Shown: positions 10,001 to 20,668, counted from the first letter of the stretch. The stretch: 64,000 nt of DNA from Promethearchaeia archaeon (GCA_029856145.1 JAHQWK010000022.1:1-64000); one strand, 5' to 3'. Program-made: numbers and translations. Notes: a model not told the origin generated them from the sequence alone.

Positions 10001-11047
10001 ATGAATTCAAAATTCATAAAGAAAGCTAAATACCAGAGAAAAATTGATGATAATTTTTCTCAATGTTTAACCTGTGAAAGAAGGTGTAAAATTGGAAATG
10101 GTAAAACTGGATTCTGTAACACTCGAATTAATAAAGAGGGGGAAATCTATACTATAGTCTATGGTTTAATCCCGGCTATATCTTTTAATCCGATTGAGAA
10201 GAAACCTCTATACCATTTTTATCCAGGAAGTATAGCTTTAACAGTAGGAACCTATGGATGTAATTTCTCTTGTTTTTGGTGTCAAAATCATCACTTATCG
10301 AAGACTAATCCTTTAAGAGCTAGCCAGTTTGCATCATCTGACGAAATTTTATCTCCTAAGAGATTAATTGAAATTGCTTTAAAAAAGAAATGTAAAGGAA
10401 CTTCAATATCATTTAATGAACCCACCTTACTGTTTGAATATTCGTTAGAAGTCTTTAAATTAGCAAAAAAGAATAGTTTATATAACACCTATGTTACAAA
10501 TGGATACATGACAGAGGATGTTTTGAGGGATTTAGTAGAAGCGGGGCTTGATGCAATGAACATAGATATAAAAGGAGATTCTGAGATGGTTCAGAAATAT
10601 TGCGGTGCTGATGTAGAAAATGTATGGAGAAATGCCAAACTAGCCAAGGAATTGGGCGTCCATATTGAAATCACAACGCTATTAATACAAGAATTTAATT
10701 CTAAAGATAAAATTGTTAGAAAAATTGCTGAAAGAATTAATGATGATTTAGGCGAATTAACACCATTTCATATAAGTCGATTCTTTCCTCATTATAAATC
10801 ATCTAAATATGGACTTTTAGAACCAACACCTTTAGAATTTTTATATAATGCTTATAATATAGCAAAGAATGTTGGTTTGAAATATGTATATCTTGGCAAT
10901 TTACCTACTACTGAATGTGATAATACTTATTGTCCTAAATGCTCTAAATTAATTATAAAAAGAAAAATTTTAGGTATTCAAAATTTATATTTAGATACTG
11001 ATGGAAATTGTAAATTTTGTGGATTTCCAATTATGGAATTCGAATAG
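10001..11047 (+). CDS. amrS: AmmeMemoRadiSam system radical SAM enzyme
   Basis: CERRC..G.C, PIEKKPLYHFYPG, GCNFSCFWCQN, HISRFFP, YVYLGN, TYCPKC, CKFCG. Confidence 0.9.
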   Translation: MNSKFIKKAKYQRKIDDNFSQCLTCERRCKIGNGKTGFCNTRINKEGEIYTIVYGLIPAISFNPIEKKPLYHFYPGSIALTVGTYGCNFSCFWCQNHHLSKTNPLRASQFASSDEILSPKRLIEIALKKKCKGTSISFNEPTLLFEYSLEVFKLAKKNSLYNTYVTNGYMTEDVLRDLVEAGLDAMNIDIKGDSEMVQKYCGADVENVWRNAKLAKELGVHIEITTLLIQEFNSKDKIVRKIAERINDDLGELTPFHISRFFPHYKSSKYGLLEPTPLEFLYNAYNIAKNVGLKYVYLGNLPTTECDNTYCPKCSKLIIKRKILGIQNLYLDTDGNCKFCGFPIMEFE

Positions 11048-11181
11048 TAAAAAGAATTAAAAATGGAAATAGAAGTTTTTTCTAGTTATAATAAAATTCT
11101 TGTATAATTTAATAAAACTAATATAGAGAATCTGCAATTACAAATATTGGACAATAAATTTAATAATAAATTCTTATTTAA

Positions 11182-12405
11182 ATGCCATTAACGCCAAATC
11201 ATCTGGGGCCAGGTATATTATTTGGAATAGTTTTTCTTAGTTTTCTTGATTTACCCACATTTCTTATAGCAAGTGTCATCGTGGACATTGAACCCATCTT
11301 GATTTTATTATTAGGTTTAGACGCTCCACTCCATGGTTTTTTTCATAGCTTTCTTGGAGGTACGATAATTGCTCTTATCCTTACAGGGATAATGACTTTA
11401 TTAAGAAAATTGTTCACTCCTGTTATGTCATTTTTCAAACTTGAACAAGAGAGATCATTTATAAAAATTTTAATGGCTTCTCTACTTGGAATCTATATCC
11501 ATATTTTATTTGATTCTTTAATGCATACGGATATTAAACCTTTTTACCCACTTGATTTTAATCCCTTCCTTGGATATGCTAGTGAACTGGGAGTGTCAGC
11601 AACGAGGATATGTGAATATTCCTTCCTCGCAGGATTAACTGCTTATATCATAAGACTAATTATATATTATTGGAGGAAGCAACTAAGAAGGATTTATATG
11701 GATCCATCAAATAAATTTATGTTGAGGGGTATCAGTCTAATATTAGTGGGAATATTTTTTATTTTTTGGGGGTTTAGCGATATCTTAAGTGTAAAAAGCG
11801 AGATTAGGATAATAATTATGATACTATTATTCATTATGATCCCATTCATAATTCTTGCAATCATATATGATTTTATTGGTATTATTAAAGTCATTCGTAA
11901 GAAAAAAGAACTAGATTTTCTTAACGTAAAAAACTGGATTTATAACTGCGCAGAATGTGGGGCAAAAATCACATTGGAAGTAAAAGTTTGTGATAAATGT
12001 GGAGTAGAAAATGCAATTAGGAGAGCTGCATTGGAGAGTTTGGAGAATCTGGAACATTCGATTGAGGAAAAAAAAGCTAAAATTTTAGAGACACAGCAAT
12101 CTTCTAAAAGGAAAAAGTCGTCTCGGACTAAATACACGGAGGAATTGGAAGCAGAAATCCTGCTAAGGGTAAACCAATTAACTAAAAAAGCAGCGTTGAT
12201 AAAGAAAAGCCTTTTAATAGGAAATACCCGTTATGAAAAAATAGATTGGGTAAGAAAACAATACTATGAAAAGAACAAAAGTATTATAGAGATTGCTGAT
12301 GAGCTGGGCGAAGATATGTTTATCGTTGAAGCCTACATAAATGAAATAAAGAATCAAGAAAAAGATAGAAACAAGCAAGAAGATAAGCATTCATTCATTA
12401 TGTGA
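11182..12405 (+). CDS. Membrane metal-dependent hydrolase-like domain fused to TM/Zn-ribbon/HTH module
   Basis: MPLTPNHLGPG, HGFFHSFLGG, HILFDSLMHTDIKPFYP; then CAEC..CDKC, a coiled coil and KSIIEIADELG. Confidence 0.75.
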   Translation: MPLTPNHLGPGILFGIVFLSFLDLPTFLIASVIVDIEPILILLLGLDAPLHGFFHSFLGGTIIALILTGIMTLLRKLFTPVMSFFKLEQERSFIKILMASLLGIYIHILFDSLMHTDIKPFYPLDFNPFLGYASELGVSATRICEYSFLAGLTAYIIRLIIYYWRKQLRRIYMDPSNKFMLRGISLILVGIFFIFWGFSDILSVKSEIRIIIMILLFIMIPFIILAIIYDFIGIIKVIRKKKELDFLNVKNWIYNCAECGAKITLEVKVCDKCGVENAIRRAALESLENLEHSIEEKKAKILETQQSSKRKKSSRTKYTEELEAEILLRVNQLTKKAALIKKSLLIGNTRYEKIDWVRKQYYEKNKSIIEIADELGEDMFIVEAYINEIKNQEKDRNKQEDKHSFIM

Positions 12406-12583
12406 AAGATGAAATAGGAAAATAACTAATACCACAATATTCTAGGACAAATAGAATAGTAGTTTACACTTCTGAAGGATTTTGAATTTGTGGATTCCCT
12501 ATATATAGGATTTAAAATGCTTAAATATAACTTGTATCAATGATTTCATTAACATTAAATATTTTCTAAAAATAATTCTTAAT

Positions 12584-13417
12584 ATGACTGATTTATTTGC
12601 AGATGTTAATGGAATAAGAATATGCTATGAAATCTTAGGTGAAGGCGAACTTGTTCTACTAGTGCATGGATTAGGAAGTAAGAAAGAAAGTTGGATAGGT
12701 CAATTCAAACCACTTTCAGAACCTTTCAAAGTAATTAGGTTTGATAACCGTGGGGCAGGAAAAAGTGATAGACCTAAAGGAAATTATTCAATGGAAGTTT
12801 TTGCTGATGATATTACTGGCTTAATGGATTACCTAAAAATTGATAAAGCTCACATAATTGGGTGGAGTTTAGGGGGGATGATCGTCCAAAATTTTGTTAT
12901 AAAATATCCAGAACGAGTTAATAAAATGGTTTTAATCAATACAAATTATGGCACTCCTGATGAGTCTGGAGCAGAGGTTTATAAAGATATGCGAATAGCA
13001 AATTTAAAAGCAAAACAAAAAGATCCAGAGCAGGCATTTTGGCAATCAATACGTGCAGATTATCATATAACATTTAGAAAGCAATTGGAAGCTGAACCTT
13101 CTAAAAAATGGCATGGATTGTGGTCAGCAGAGGATTTAATAAAAGAAAGTATGATTAATCCACCAACTATAGAAGATATTGAAGTGCAGGCAAAAGCTGT
13201 TAATACACATCATACATTAGAAAGATTAAGCGAAATCAAAAATGAATCTTTATTAATCACTTCTACTCATGATAGAGTTATACCAACCTCAGTCATGAAA
13301 GAAATGCATGAAAGAATTCCAAATAGTACTCTAAAGATTATAGATAAAGCAGGTCATGGTTCACCTCGATCTAGGGCTCCGGAAATTAACGAAATGATTA
13401 TAGATTTTTTAAAATAG
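12584..13417 (+). CDS. Alpha/beta hydrolase
   Basis: LLVHG, FDNRGAGKS, GWSLGG nucleophile elbow, D (HDRVIP), H (AGHGS). Confidence 0.93.
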   Translation: MTDLFADVNGIRICYEILGEGELVLLVHGLGSKKESWIGQFKPLSEPFKVIRFDNRGAGKSDRPKGNYSMEVFADDITGLMDYLKIDKAHIIGWSLGGMIVQNFVIKYPERVNKMVLINTNYGTPDESGAEVYKDMRIANLKAKQKDPEQAFWQSIRADYHITFRKQLEAEPSKKWHGLWSAEDLIKESMINPPTIEDIEVQAKAVNTHHTLERLSEIKNESLLITSTHDRVIPTSVMKEMHERIPNSTLKIIDKAGHGSPRSRAPEINEMIIDFLK

Positions 13418-13537
13418 TTTAAAGAATCAAATGATAATTTTTAAAGAATTAACCACTTTTTTTATAATTGGAGATTTTAAAAAGGATTCGAAATTTACCG
13501 ATTTACAATTTAAATAATTTCATTTTTAAACGTCACT

Positions 13538-14824
13538 ATGAAACAAAAAGCTAATAAACTTTTAAAAAGTAAAGAAAATTCTGCTAAAAGAATTAAAACA
13601 AAGTATCCCCAATTAATCGCTTTATGGGCAGGGCTTTTCATTGACATTCTAGGTTTTTATATAATATTCCCTTATTTGCCTTCTCTTATGGAAATTTATA
13701 ATGCTACACCTTTAGTTATTGGATTACTAATTGCTACAAATGCTGTTTTTACACTTTTTTCCGCACCGATATGGGGGCGATTAAGTGATAAATTTGGTAG
13801 AAGACCTATGCTTCTAATCGCTGAAGCTGGAACATGTTCAGCATTTTTAATTTTAGCTTTCTCAAACTCTCTTACGCTACTTTTTGTGGCTCGGATTGTG
13901 GATGGGATTTTCGGTGGTAATTACCCTATTACAAAAGCTATCATTACTGATAGGGTTCCTCCAAAAGATAGGGGACTTCAAATGACAAATGTTGGAGTCT
14001 CTCATACTTTAGCGGGATTAGTAGCGCCTGGGCTAGGAGGAGTTTTATCGCTTTTTCTAATATTTGGTCCAGATTATCCACTTGCACTTTCTGGTTTAGT
14101 TTCAGCTTGTCTTTCTTTTGCAACTATTATTATTACATTTTTCTTTATAAAAGAATCATGGCCAAAATCTAGGCGCGAAAAAGCAGAAAAAGAAGTTAAA
14201 GTAAAACTTAAGTTAGTAAAGAATAAGGATGCTTTATACTTATTAACCCAATTTGCGTTTCATACCTTCTCATTCATAATGTATGTATCAACTTTAGCTA
14301 TATTTATCGGTTTAATATTTGGATTGGATACATTAGGAGTCAGTTTATTACTAATGATATCAGGTGTATCACGTGCTATTGTCCGTTTTACATTGTTTAA
14401 ACCTACAATAAGGATTTTAGGTGAAAAAAAGATGAAGGTTCTTGGTTTGTCTATTTTAGTAGTAGTTTTTATTCTTGTAGGGCTTTTTGGCACATTCTAT
14501 CCAGTAACTTGGATTTTTATTATTCTGATGGTAGTAGCGAGTTATGGGGTTTCATGCGCAAGAGGATTAATGATGAGTAAAGTAACCGAAACAGTCTCTC
14601 CAAAGGAAATGGGAAAAGTAAATGGCTATACAACAACACTAGATTCTCTTGCTCAGATTTTTGGACCATTAATGGGAGCATTTTTATTACAAGAGTTTGA
14701 TCCTTATTTATTCGGATTAGTAATGGGTATTCTCGCATTTGTAGCATTAACGATGTCCTTCAAAAAGATTATACCATATAGAGAGAAAGCACAATTTAAG
14801 GAACTGGATCATTCTTTACAATGA
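13538..14824 (+). CDS. MFS transporter (TetA/DHA1-like)
   Basis: Motif A GRLSDKFGRRP, ARIVDGIFGG, 12 TM helices. Confidence 0.93.
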   Translation: MKQKANKLLKSKENSAKRIKTKYPQLIALWAGLFIDILGFYIIFPYLPSLMEIYNATPLVIGLLIATNAVFTLFSAPIWGRLSDKFGRRPMLLIAEAGTCSAFLILAFSNSLTLLFVARIVDGIFGGNYPITKAIITDRVPPKDRGLQMTNVGVSHTLAGLVAPGLGGVLSLFLIFGPDYPLALSGLVSACLSFATIIITFFFIKESWPKSRREKAEKEVKVKLKLVKNKDALYLLTQFAFHTFSFIMYVSTLAIFIGLIFGLDTLGVSLLLMISGVSRAIVRFTLFKPTIRILGEKKMKVLGLSILVVVFILVGLFGTFYPVTWIFIILMVVASYGVSCARGLMMSKVTETVSPKEMGKVNGYTTTLDSLAQIFGPLMGAFLLQEFDPYLFGLVMGILAFVALTMSFKKIIPYREKAQFKELDHSLQ

Positions 14825-14888
14825 TAGAGAATTAGTGCTAATTTGATGAATGAATAATTTTTTATAATTCATCAATATTAGTTATATT

Positions 14889-15689
14889 ATGGAAGTAGAT
14901 AAAACAGTTAAAGTGAAAGATTCAAGTTTTGAGGAAAAATTAGAAAAAACAGTAGAGCTTCCAGCATTAGATTTTTTTAAAATAAATTTTCTTAGCTTTT
15001 TAGTGCCTCTTTATGTATGCTTAGGTCTTTTTTTAATATTTGAATATGGATTTATAAATCTGTTATCAATACCTCCTCTAATTCATTTATTTACATTACC
15101 CGTTGTTTTTTTAATTCTTTACTATATTTATCTTATTGTTTTAATTGAATTTACAGCATTATGGGCTCGAAGATGGAATAAAAAATCTCCTCCCAAACAA
15201 GGTGTCTTTAGACGAGTACTTGATGATTTGAACAATGAGGAAGGAAAAATGATGAAATACTATCATAAAAGAGGATTTATAATAAAATATCCTATGTGGT
15301 TAACTTCGAAATCACCATTTCCTTGGCTTATTAACCGAACTCTTCGAAAAATTAGTCATAATAGAATTGGTAAAAATGTAATTTATTGTGATTCTTATGT
15401 GGGTTTAGAATTCACTGATATCGGTGATAATTCTTTCTTCTATCCTACAACAGGTCTTTCTAGCCATGCAGTAAATACAATCTTTGGTAAAATTACAATG
15501 ATTGAAATAAAAATAGGGGAGAATAACACATTCTACCCAGGAACAATAATGGGTTGCGGAGCTCTCACTACAGAGGATAATGTTATTTATCCAAATACAG
15601 TTTTACATAAAAACTGGAGAGGAAAACCGGGAAAGTTTTATTACCAAGGCAGTCCTGGGCGACCAATCGATGTAAATGATAAAAATTGA
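14889..15689 (+). CDS. Membrane protein with C-terminal left-handed beta-helix (acyltransferase-like)
   Basis: Two TM helices, then IGKNV, IGDNS, IKIGENN hexapeptide-like repeats and YQGSPGR. Confidence 0.65.
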   Translation: MEVDKTVKVKDSSFEEKLEKTVELPALDFFKINFLSFLVPLYVCLGLFLIFEYGFINLLSIPPLIHLFTLPVVFLILYYIYLIVLIEFTALWARRWNKKSPPKQGVFRRVLDDLNNEEGKMMKYYHKRGFIIKYPMWLTSKSPFPWLINRTLRKISHNRIGKNVIYCDSYVGLEFTDIGDNSFFYPTTGLSSHAVNTIFGKITMIEIKIGENNTFYPGTIMGCGALTTEDNVIYPNTVLHKNWRGKPGKFYYQGSPGRPIDVNDKN

Positions 15690-15779
15690 ATATTATGAAT
15701 TCTCCAAATATTAATATTTTCTTAAATTACATTTACAAATTAATAGTCTTAAAATAATAATTATTTCTTTTGATTTTAA

Positions 15780-17264
15780 TCATCTTTTTGGATATTTTCC
15801 GTGTTTTTGCAAGAATTCTCTATATGAATTAATTTTATCCAAAACAGCCCCCGTTAATTCTAAACTTTCAAATACAGGAACGTTCCGATTTAAGAGTTTT
15901 AGTTTGAATTTATATCGGCTTTCATATTCTTCAAAACCTTCATTAATTTTTAACATGACACAATACATAGGTTTAGTACAGATTCTTTTTGCCTTTGAGA
16001 TATATCTGATGAATTCTTTATTCAAATCCATGTCTTTAAAGCCCATTTCTTCCAATAACTCTTGAAAGCCTCCAAATCTTTCAGGGTCCTTTATAAAAAC
16101 GATTGTTGAGATATTTGGGTCTTTATCTAAAGCTAAAATAGTACGGTAATATATATTAGGTTGTATACCAGCACCACCGAGATCAAGTGGGTTAGTAACA
16201 TTTGTATTTACATCTGGTAAAAATCTTTTCATTTTATTAATTGTATTTACTGTTAAACTAGGTATTTTTAAATTAAATTTTTCTAGAATGTCTATAGCTT
16301 CTATAGTAGAACCTCCTCCGATTCCAATTACTCCTACATTTCGGGTTTCAGGTAAATGTGTCAAATTAAAAGCTGAAGCTAAAGCAGTAAGCTCATTTGA
16401 GTTATTTACTATACAACAACCGGTTTGTTTACCTACGGCTTTCCAAATTTCGTTATTCCCAGCAAGACCGCCAGTATGAGATAGAATTGCTTTTTTTGTT
16501 GCTTCACCATATCCTGCTCTCCAAAGTATTACTGGTTTTCTATTTAAGTTGCATTCCTGTACCTTTTTTAAAAATTTTCTTCCTTGTGTTATAGATCTTA
16601 AATTTTCAATATATAAACCAATAATTTTTGTGTATTCATCATAAAGAAAATATTCTAAAAATTCAGCAGGAGATAAATCTAATGAATTCCCAATTGAGAT
16701 AAATTTAGAAATATAAAGACCATAAGAAACAGCTAATTGAGATAAGTTTTGAGCAATCCCACCAGATTGAAAAACTCCACTAAAATTTCCTGCTTTTTTA
16801 GACTGTTCATATGCAAAATACAACCCCCCTCTTGGATTATAGATCCCTATACAATTAGGACCAATAATTCTAACATTATATTTTCGTGCAATATCTAAAA
16901 GTTGCTTTTCTAGATTCTCATTTCCGACTTCACGAAAACCTGAAGCGAAAACAGTTACAAAAGGTATTCCTTTTTGACCAATTTCTTCCATTAATTTTGG
17001 GCATAATCTAGCTGGAACCGCCAAGATCACGTAATCTATCGGCTCAGAAATCTCAAGAATAGAACTATAAATTTGATATCCATATAGATTCTGACCACTT
17101 AACCGGGGATTAAATAAATATATTGGCCCTTTAAATCGGTTTTTCATACATCTAAGAAAAAAACCTCCACTCCCAGGATCACGACTCACACCAATAATCC
17201 CGATAGCTCTTGGAAAAAATAATTTACTAAAATCTATTGCTTTATTTTCAAACGTATCTAACAT
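15780..17264 (-). CDS. Acyl-CoA synthetase (ADP-forming) alpha-type / CoA-binding protein
   Basis: IIGVS, ASGFRE, IIGPNCIG, QSGG, SHTG phospho-His motif, NPLDL. Confidence 0.9.
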   Translation of the reverse strand: MLDTFENKAIDFSKLFFPRAIGIIGVSRDPGSGGFFLRCMKNRFKGPIYLFNPRLSGQNLYGYQIYSSILEISEPIDYVILAVPARLCPKLMEEIGQKGIPFVTVFASGFREVGNENLEKQLLDIARKYNVRIIGPNCIGIYNPRGGLYFAYEQSKKAGNFSGVFQSGGIAQNLSQLAVSYGLYISKFISIGNSLDLSPAEFLEYFLYDEYTKIIGLYIENLRSITQGRKFLKKVQECNLNRKPVILWRAGYGEATKKAILSHTGGLAGNNEIWKAVGKQTGCCIVNNSNELTALASAFNLTHLPETRNVGVIGIGGGSTIEAIDILEKFNLKIPSLTVNTINKMKRFLPDVNTNVTNPLDLGGAGIQPNIYYRTILALDKDPNISTIVFIKDPERFGGFQELLEEMGFKDMDLNKEFIRYISKAKRICTKPMYCVMLKINEGFEEYESRYKFKLKLLNRNVPVFESLELTGAVLDKINSYREFLQKHGKYPKR

Positions 17265-17417
17265 AATTGATTATAAAGACCACTATGAATAATTCTACAA
17301 TTTATTAATTAAGTTATGAAAGATTGATTAAAATATTTTATTAAAAATGCAATAGAATCAATCTTCCTTAATATTAAATCGATTAAACAGAAGAAATTCA
17401 AATAATTTACTCTGATT

Positions 17418-18167
17418 TTATTTTCTAATTATTTTTACTGCTTTAGAAACACTGTTTACAATAATTCCATCGACACCCATATTAATGAATCTTTCCATAG
17501 TCTTCCTTGTATTAATTGTGTAAGTAAATACCTTTAAATTGCGCTTATGAGAATATTGTAAAAATTGTTCATCTACATTTTTATATCGAGTGACAATAAT
17601 AGGAAATTCGAAATTAAGTAATTCTTCAATGAGTCTTTTTCTTTTATCCCATTCAGGTATATATTCTTCGTTAATTGGAACAATAGCCGCTAATTCTAAT
17701 TCAGGTTCAATTCTCCTAACTTCTAATAACTCCTCAACAAAGAATGATTGAATTATAGTATTATCTATTACTCCTTCATTTCTCAAAAGGGTTATTACTT
17801 TTTCAGAAATCCCCTTTGCTTTTATTTCACAGAGGAAATTTACTTTTCCCTTCCCAAGTTTTATAACTTCCCATAACTCAGGAACTCTTTCTCCTTCTCC
17901 AAGATCTAATTTTTGTAATTCTTTCAACGTCATTTGATCTATCGTGTTATTAATCCTCATTCTTCTGAGGATATCAACATCATGAATTATCACAAGTGCT
18001 CCATCTTGAGATTGGTGTACGTCGAATTCAATATAATCAGCACCCAATTCAATTGCTTTTTTAAATCCTTTTAATGTGTTTTCAGGAGCCTCATCATATG
18101 CCCCCCTATGACCAATTATTAATGGTTCATTTTCATTTTCATTTTCATTCATAATTATTTCATTCAA
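17418..18167 (-). CDS. Glycerophosphodiester phosphodiesterase
   Basis: IGHRGA..APENTL, EFDVH, VIIHD, YTIN. Confidence 0.92.
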   Translation of the reverse strand: MNEIIMNENENENEPLIIGHRGAYDEAPENTLKGFKKAIELGADYIEFDVHQSQDGALVIIHDVDILRRMRINNTIDQMTLKELQKLDLGEGERVPELWEVIKLGKGKVNFLCEIKAKGISEKVITLLRNEGVIDNTIIQSFFVEELLEVRRIEPELELAAIVPINEEYIPEWDKRKRLIEELLNFEFPIIVTRYKNVDEQFLQYSHKRNLKVFTYTINTRKTMERFINMGVDGIIVNSVSKAVKIIRK

Positions 18168-18185
18168 TCTTTTGATAAAAAAAAC

Positions 18186-18917
18186 TTAATCTGTTTGATT
18201 CAACAATTCTCTAGCTCTGCTAACCTTATTAGTAATAATTCCATCAACACTTAAATTAATCAGTTTCTTTATAGCAGAATCTGAATTGACTGTCCAAGGA
18301 AAGATTTTGACATTATTACCATGAGCCTTAATTACAAATCTTTTATTTACGAGTTTAAAGAATGGATTAATAGCATAAAACTTATTATTAATAGTTACTC
18401 TAATTAATTTTTTTCTTGATAACCAACTTCTTACCCATCCAGTTCGTGTAGGTTCTAACGACGCTAATTTAATTCGTGGTTCTAATTTCTGAATTCTCAA
18501 CAAAACATCATGTTTAAATGAACTAATTATCGTTGATTCAATGATTTCTTCTTCTTTGAGAATATTTACAATCTGTTTGGCAAAACCCCTAGCTTTTACC
18601 TCACAATTCAATCCAATCTTTCCCTTTGCTATTTTAATTAGTTCTTGTAATGTTGGTATTTTCTCACCATCTCCGCAATCGAGCTGCTTTAATTCTTCAA
18701 GAGTCATTTCTTTTATTGATCCTAAATGCCTTGTTGTTCGGAAAGTGTTAGCATCATGCATTATTACAATCTCCCCATCATTAGATTGATGAACATCGAA
18801 TTCAATATAGTCTGCTTTCAATTCTATTGCTTTTTTAAATGCCTTTAAGGTATTTTCAGGTGCCAGATTACTAGCCCCTCTATGAGCAATTATAACCATT
18901 TTTTCTTTGTCATTCAT
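18186..18917 (-). CDS. Glycerophosphodiester phosphodiesterase (paralog)
   Basis: IAHRGA..APENTL, EFDVH, WTVN, VDGIITN. Confidence 0.92.
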   Translation of the reverse strand: MNDKEKMVIIAHRGASNLAPENTLKAFKKAIELKADYIEFDVHQSNDGEIVIMHDANTFRTTRHLGSIKEMTLEELKQLDCGDGEKIPTLQELIKIAKGKIGLNCEVKARGFAKQIVNILKEEEIIESTIISSFKHDVLLRIQKLEPRIKLASLEPTRTGWVRSWLSRKKLIRVTINNKFYAINPFFKLVNKRFVIKAHGNNVKIFPWTVNSDSAIKKLINLSVDGIITNKVSRARELLNQTD

Positions 18918-19299
18918 TTACTTAGCTGATAATTCTTTTTATCCCCTAGTTAAATAGTATGGTTAATACTAAATTTATATTAATTATTTTTTTTTTGATT
19001 TTTTTATTGTCCAGAATTGCCAATTTCCTAGAATACCCTTTTGTTCAAATAAATATTTGATCAGAAATTATATAGATTTGTTTAATCCATAGGTCCATCT
19101 ACTTAGTTAAAATTTTATTAACGTTAAAACATAAGATTTATATGCGTGAAATGGGAACACATAATACAAATAAAAAGTTAAATTTATAAGGGTTATACTT
19201 TTTTAATACTAACGTAATAAAGATATAACGCTATAAATAACGCAATATACCGATAAGTTTAAATATTAAAAAAAAAGATCTGAGGAGATATCTCAAATT

Positions 19300-19554
19300 A
19301 TGAGATTTTGCGAAGAATGCGGAAATATGTTGGTTCCTAAAGAAGGTAAGCTTTACTGTAAAGCATGTGAAAAAGAATTTGACTTGGATAAATCAAAAAC
19401 AGACGATTATAAAATAATAAAAACGATAAAACACGATGAAAAAGAAAGTGCTCCTATTGTAGTTAAGGAAGTCATTCGAGGAGACAGAATTTCTGGAGAC
19501 GATCGTAAAGCATACGAGGATCTGTTTGAAATTTCTGAAGGAGATAGCTACTAA
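19300..19554 (+). CDS. RpoM/TFS-family N-terminal Zn-ribbon protein (no C-terminal TFIIS ribbon)
   Basis: MRFCEECGNMLVP...LYCKAC; GAGGAG Shine-Dalgarno-like site upstream. Confidence 0.75.
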   Translation: MRFCEECGNMLVPKEGKLYCKACEKEFDLDKSKTDDYKIIKTIKHDEKESAPIVVKEVIRGDRISGDDRKAYEDLFEISEGDSY

Positions 19555-19729
19555 TTAAAGCTTCTTTTAAGGTATAAGATTAGATCACTTATTCTTCCTT
19601 GTTTTTACCTAATTAATTATTTTTAAATTGTGATTGATTATACTTTTAAATTGTTTTAAGAGTAATTAAATTATAATTAGAAAAATAATTTCAAAACATA
19701 AATAACAAAAATATGAAATGTAGATTGAT

Positions 19730-20125
19730 ATGACTGAAGAAAAAAAGACCCGATTACGTGGTTTCGCGGGAATTGTATCTAAACAAGTTGAACCTTTAAA
19801 TGAAAATGAAAAATTTAAACACATGTTTAAAGAAACTGAAGAGAAAGTTCTTTTAAATGCAAAAGATGGAAAGTGGGCTGCGATGCTGATAATAGATAAA
19901 GGTAAGATATATATAGAAGGCATTAAAAATGAACCAAAGGAAAACCTAAAAAAAAAAAATGCTGGATGGAATGGTTTAATTTCCTGTAAAACTGATATGT
20001 TTTTAGAACTTTTAGGAAGTGAAGAAATTTCAATGGGTAAAGTTATTAGAAAAATATTATCAGGAAAAATAAAAATTAGAGGAATTAAGCATGTTTTAGT
20101 TTTACTTAAATTATTTAGTTTATAA
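19730..20125 (+). CDS. SCP2 sterol/lipid-binding domain protein
   Basis: C-terminal FLELLGSEEISMGKV...SGKIKIRG pattern typical of SCP2. Confidence 0.7.
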   Translation: MTEEKKTRLRGFAGIVSKQVEPLNENEKFKHMFKETEEKVLLNAKDGKWAAMLIIDKGKIYIEGIKNEPKENLKKKNAGWNGLISCKTDMFLELLGSEEISMGKVIRKILSGKIKIRGIKHVLVLLKLFSL

Positions 20126-20551
20126 GTTAAGCTCAAAGGTGTTCGCTAAAAATTTCATTCTCTCTTTTAATTTTTCATCATTTTTTTCATCTTTTAATGA
20201 ATTAAGAATTACATCCTTATCCTTTTCCGCTATGCGGGCTTGAAATAATTCAAGAAATTCTCTTAAAAAAATAATCTTTTTGTATGGATATTTTTGAATT
20301 TTATTAAAATATCCTTCAATAATATAATCAATAGAGGCTTTCTCTTCTTTTTCTTTAGAAATGATTTGTTCTTCAGTCCCTAAGAGCTCTTGTATCACAG
20401 GATTATTGTTTATGATATCTCGGGTTATTTCTTTTAACATATCATTTCTTGGAAGAATTGATAAACTTGAGAGGAATTCTTTCATTTCTGAATTCTTATT
20501 TTCAATTTCTTTAATTATCTCAAGTATTTTTTCTTTATTTCCACTTCCCAT
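20120..20551 (-). CDS. Hypothetical helical protein
   Basis: 143-aa charged ORF, convergent and overlapping the SCP2 gene end by 6 nt. Confidence 0.65.
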   Translation of the reverse strand: MGSGNKEKILEIIKEIENKNSEMKEFLSSLSILPRNDMLKEITRDIINNNPVIQELLGTEEQIISKEKEEKASIDYIIEGYFNKIQKYPYKKIIFLREFLELFQARIAEKDKDVILNSLKDEKNDEKLKERMKFLANTFELNL

Positions 20552-20668
20552 ATAATATTAAAGACTTGTTTAAATTATAAAATTTTATTTGTATCACACT
20601 TTTTTAAAAATCGATAAAAGTTTCCTCTAAATTTTTAAATTTAACTGAAAATAATAGTAAATTAATAA

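Noticed and set aside
12406-12510. Minus-strand peptide YIGNPQIQNPSEV*TTILF, faintly like a GyrI-domain C-terminus
   Set aside because: Too short and interrupted by a stop; cannot be supported without a search.
18980-19110. Possible decayed minus-strand coding fragment (WTYGLNKSI*FLIKYLFEQKGILGNWQFW)
   Set aside because: No recognisable family, internal stop, no start.
20100-20125. Possible peroxisomal-type PTS1 at the end of the SCP2 protein
   Set aside because: It ends in FSL, which is not a PTS1 consensus.
19666-20136. 156-aa minus-strand ORF
   Set aside because: Antisense to the SCP2 gene; the Phe/Ile/Ser-rich composition is typical of shadow ORFs.
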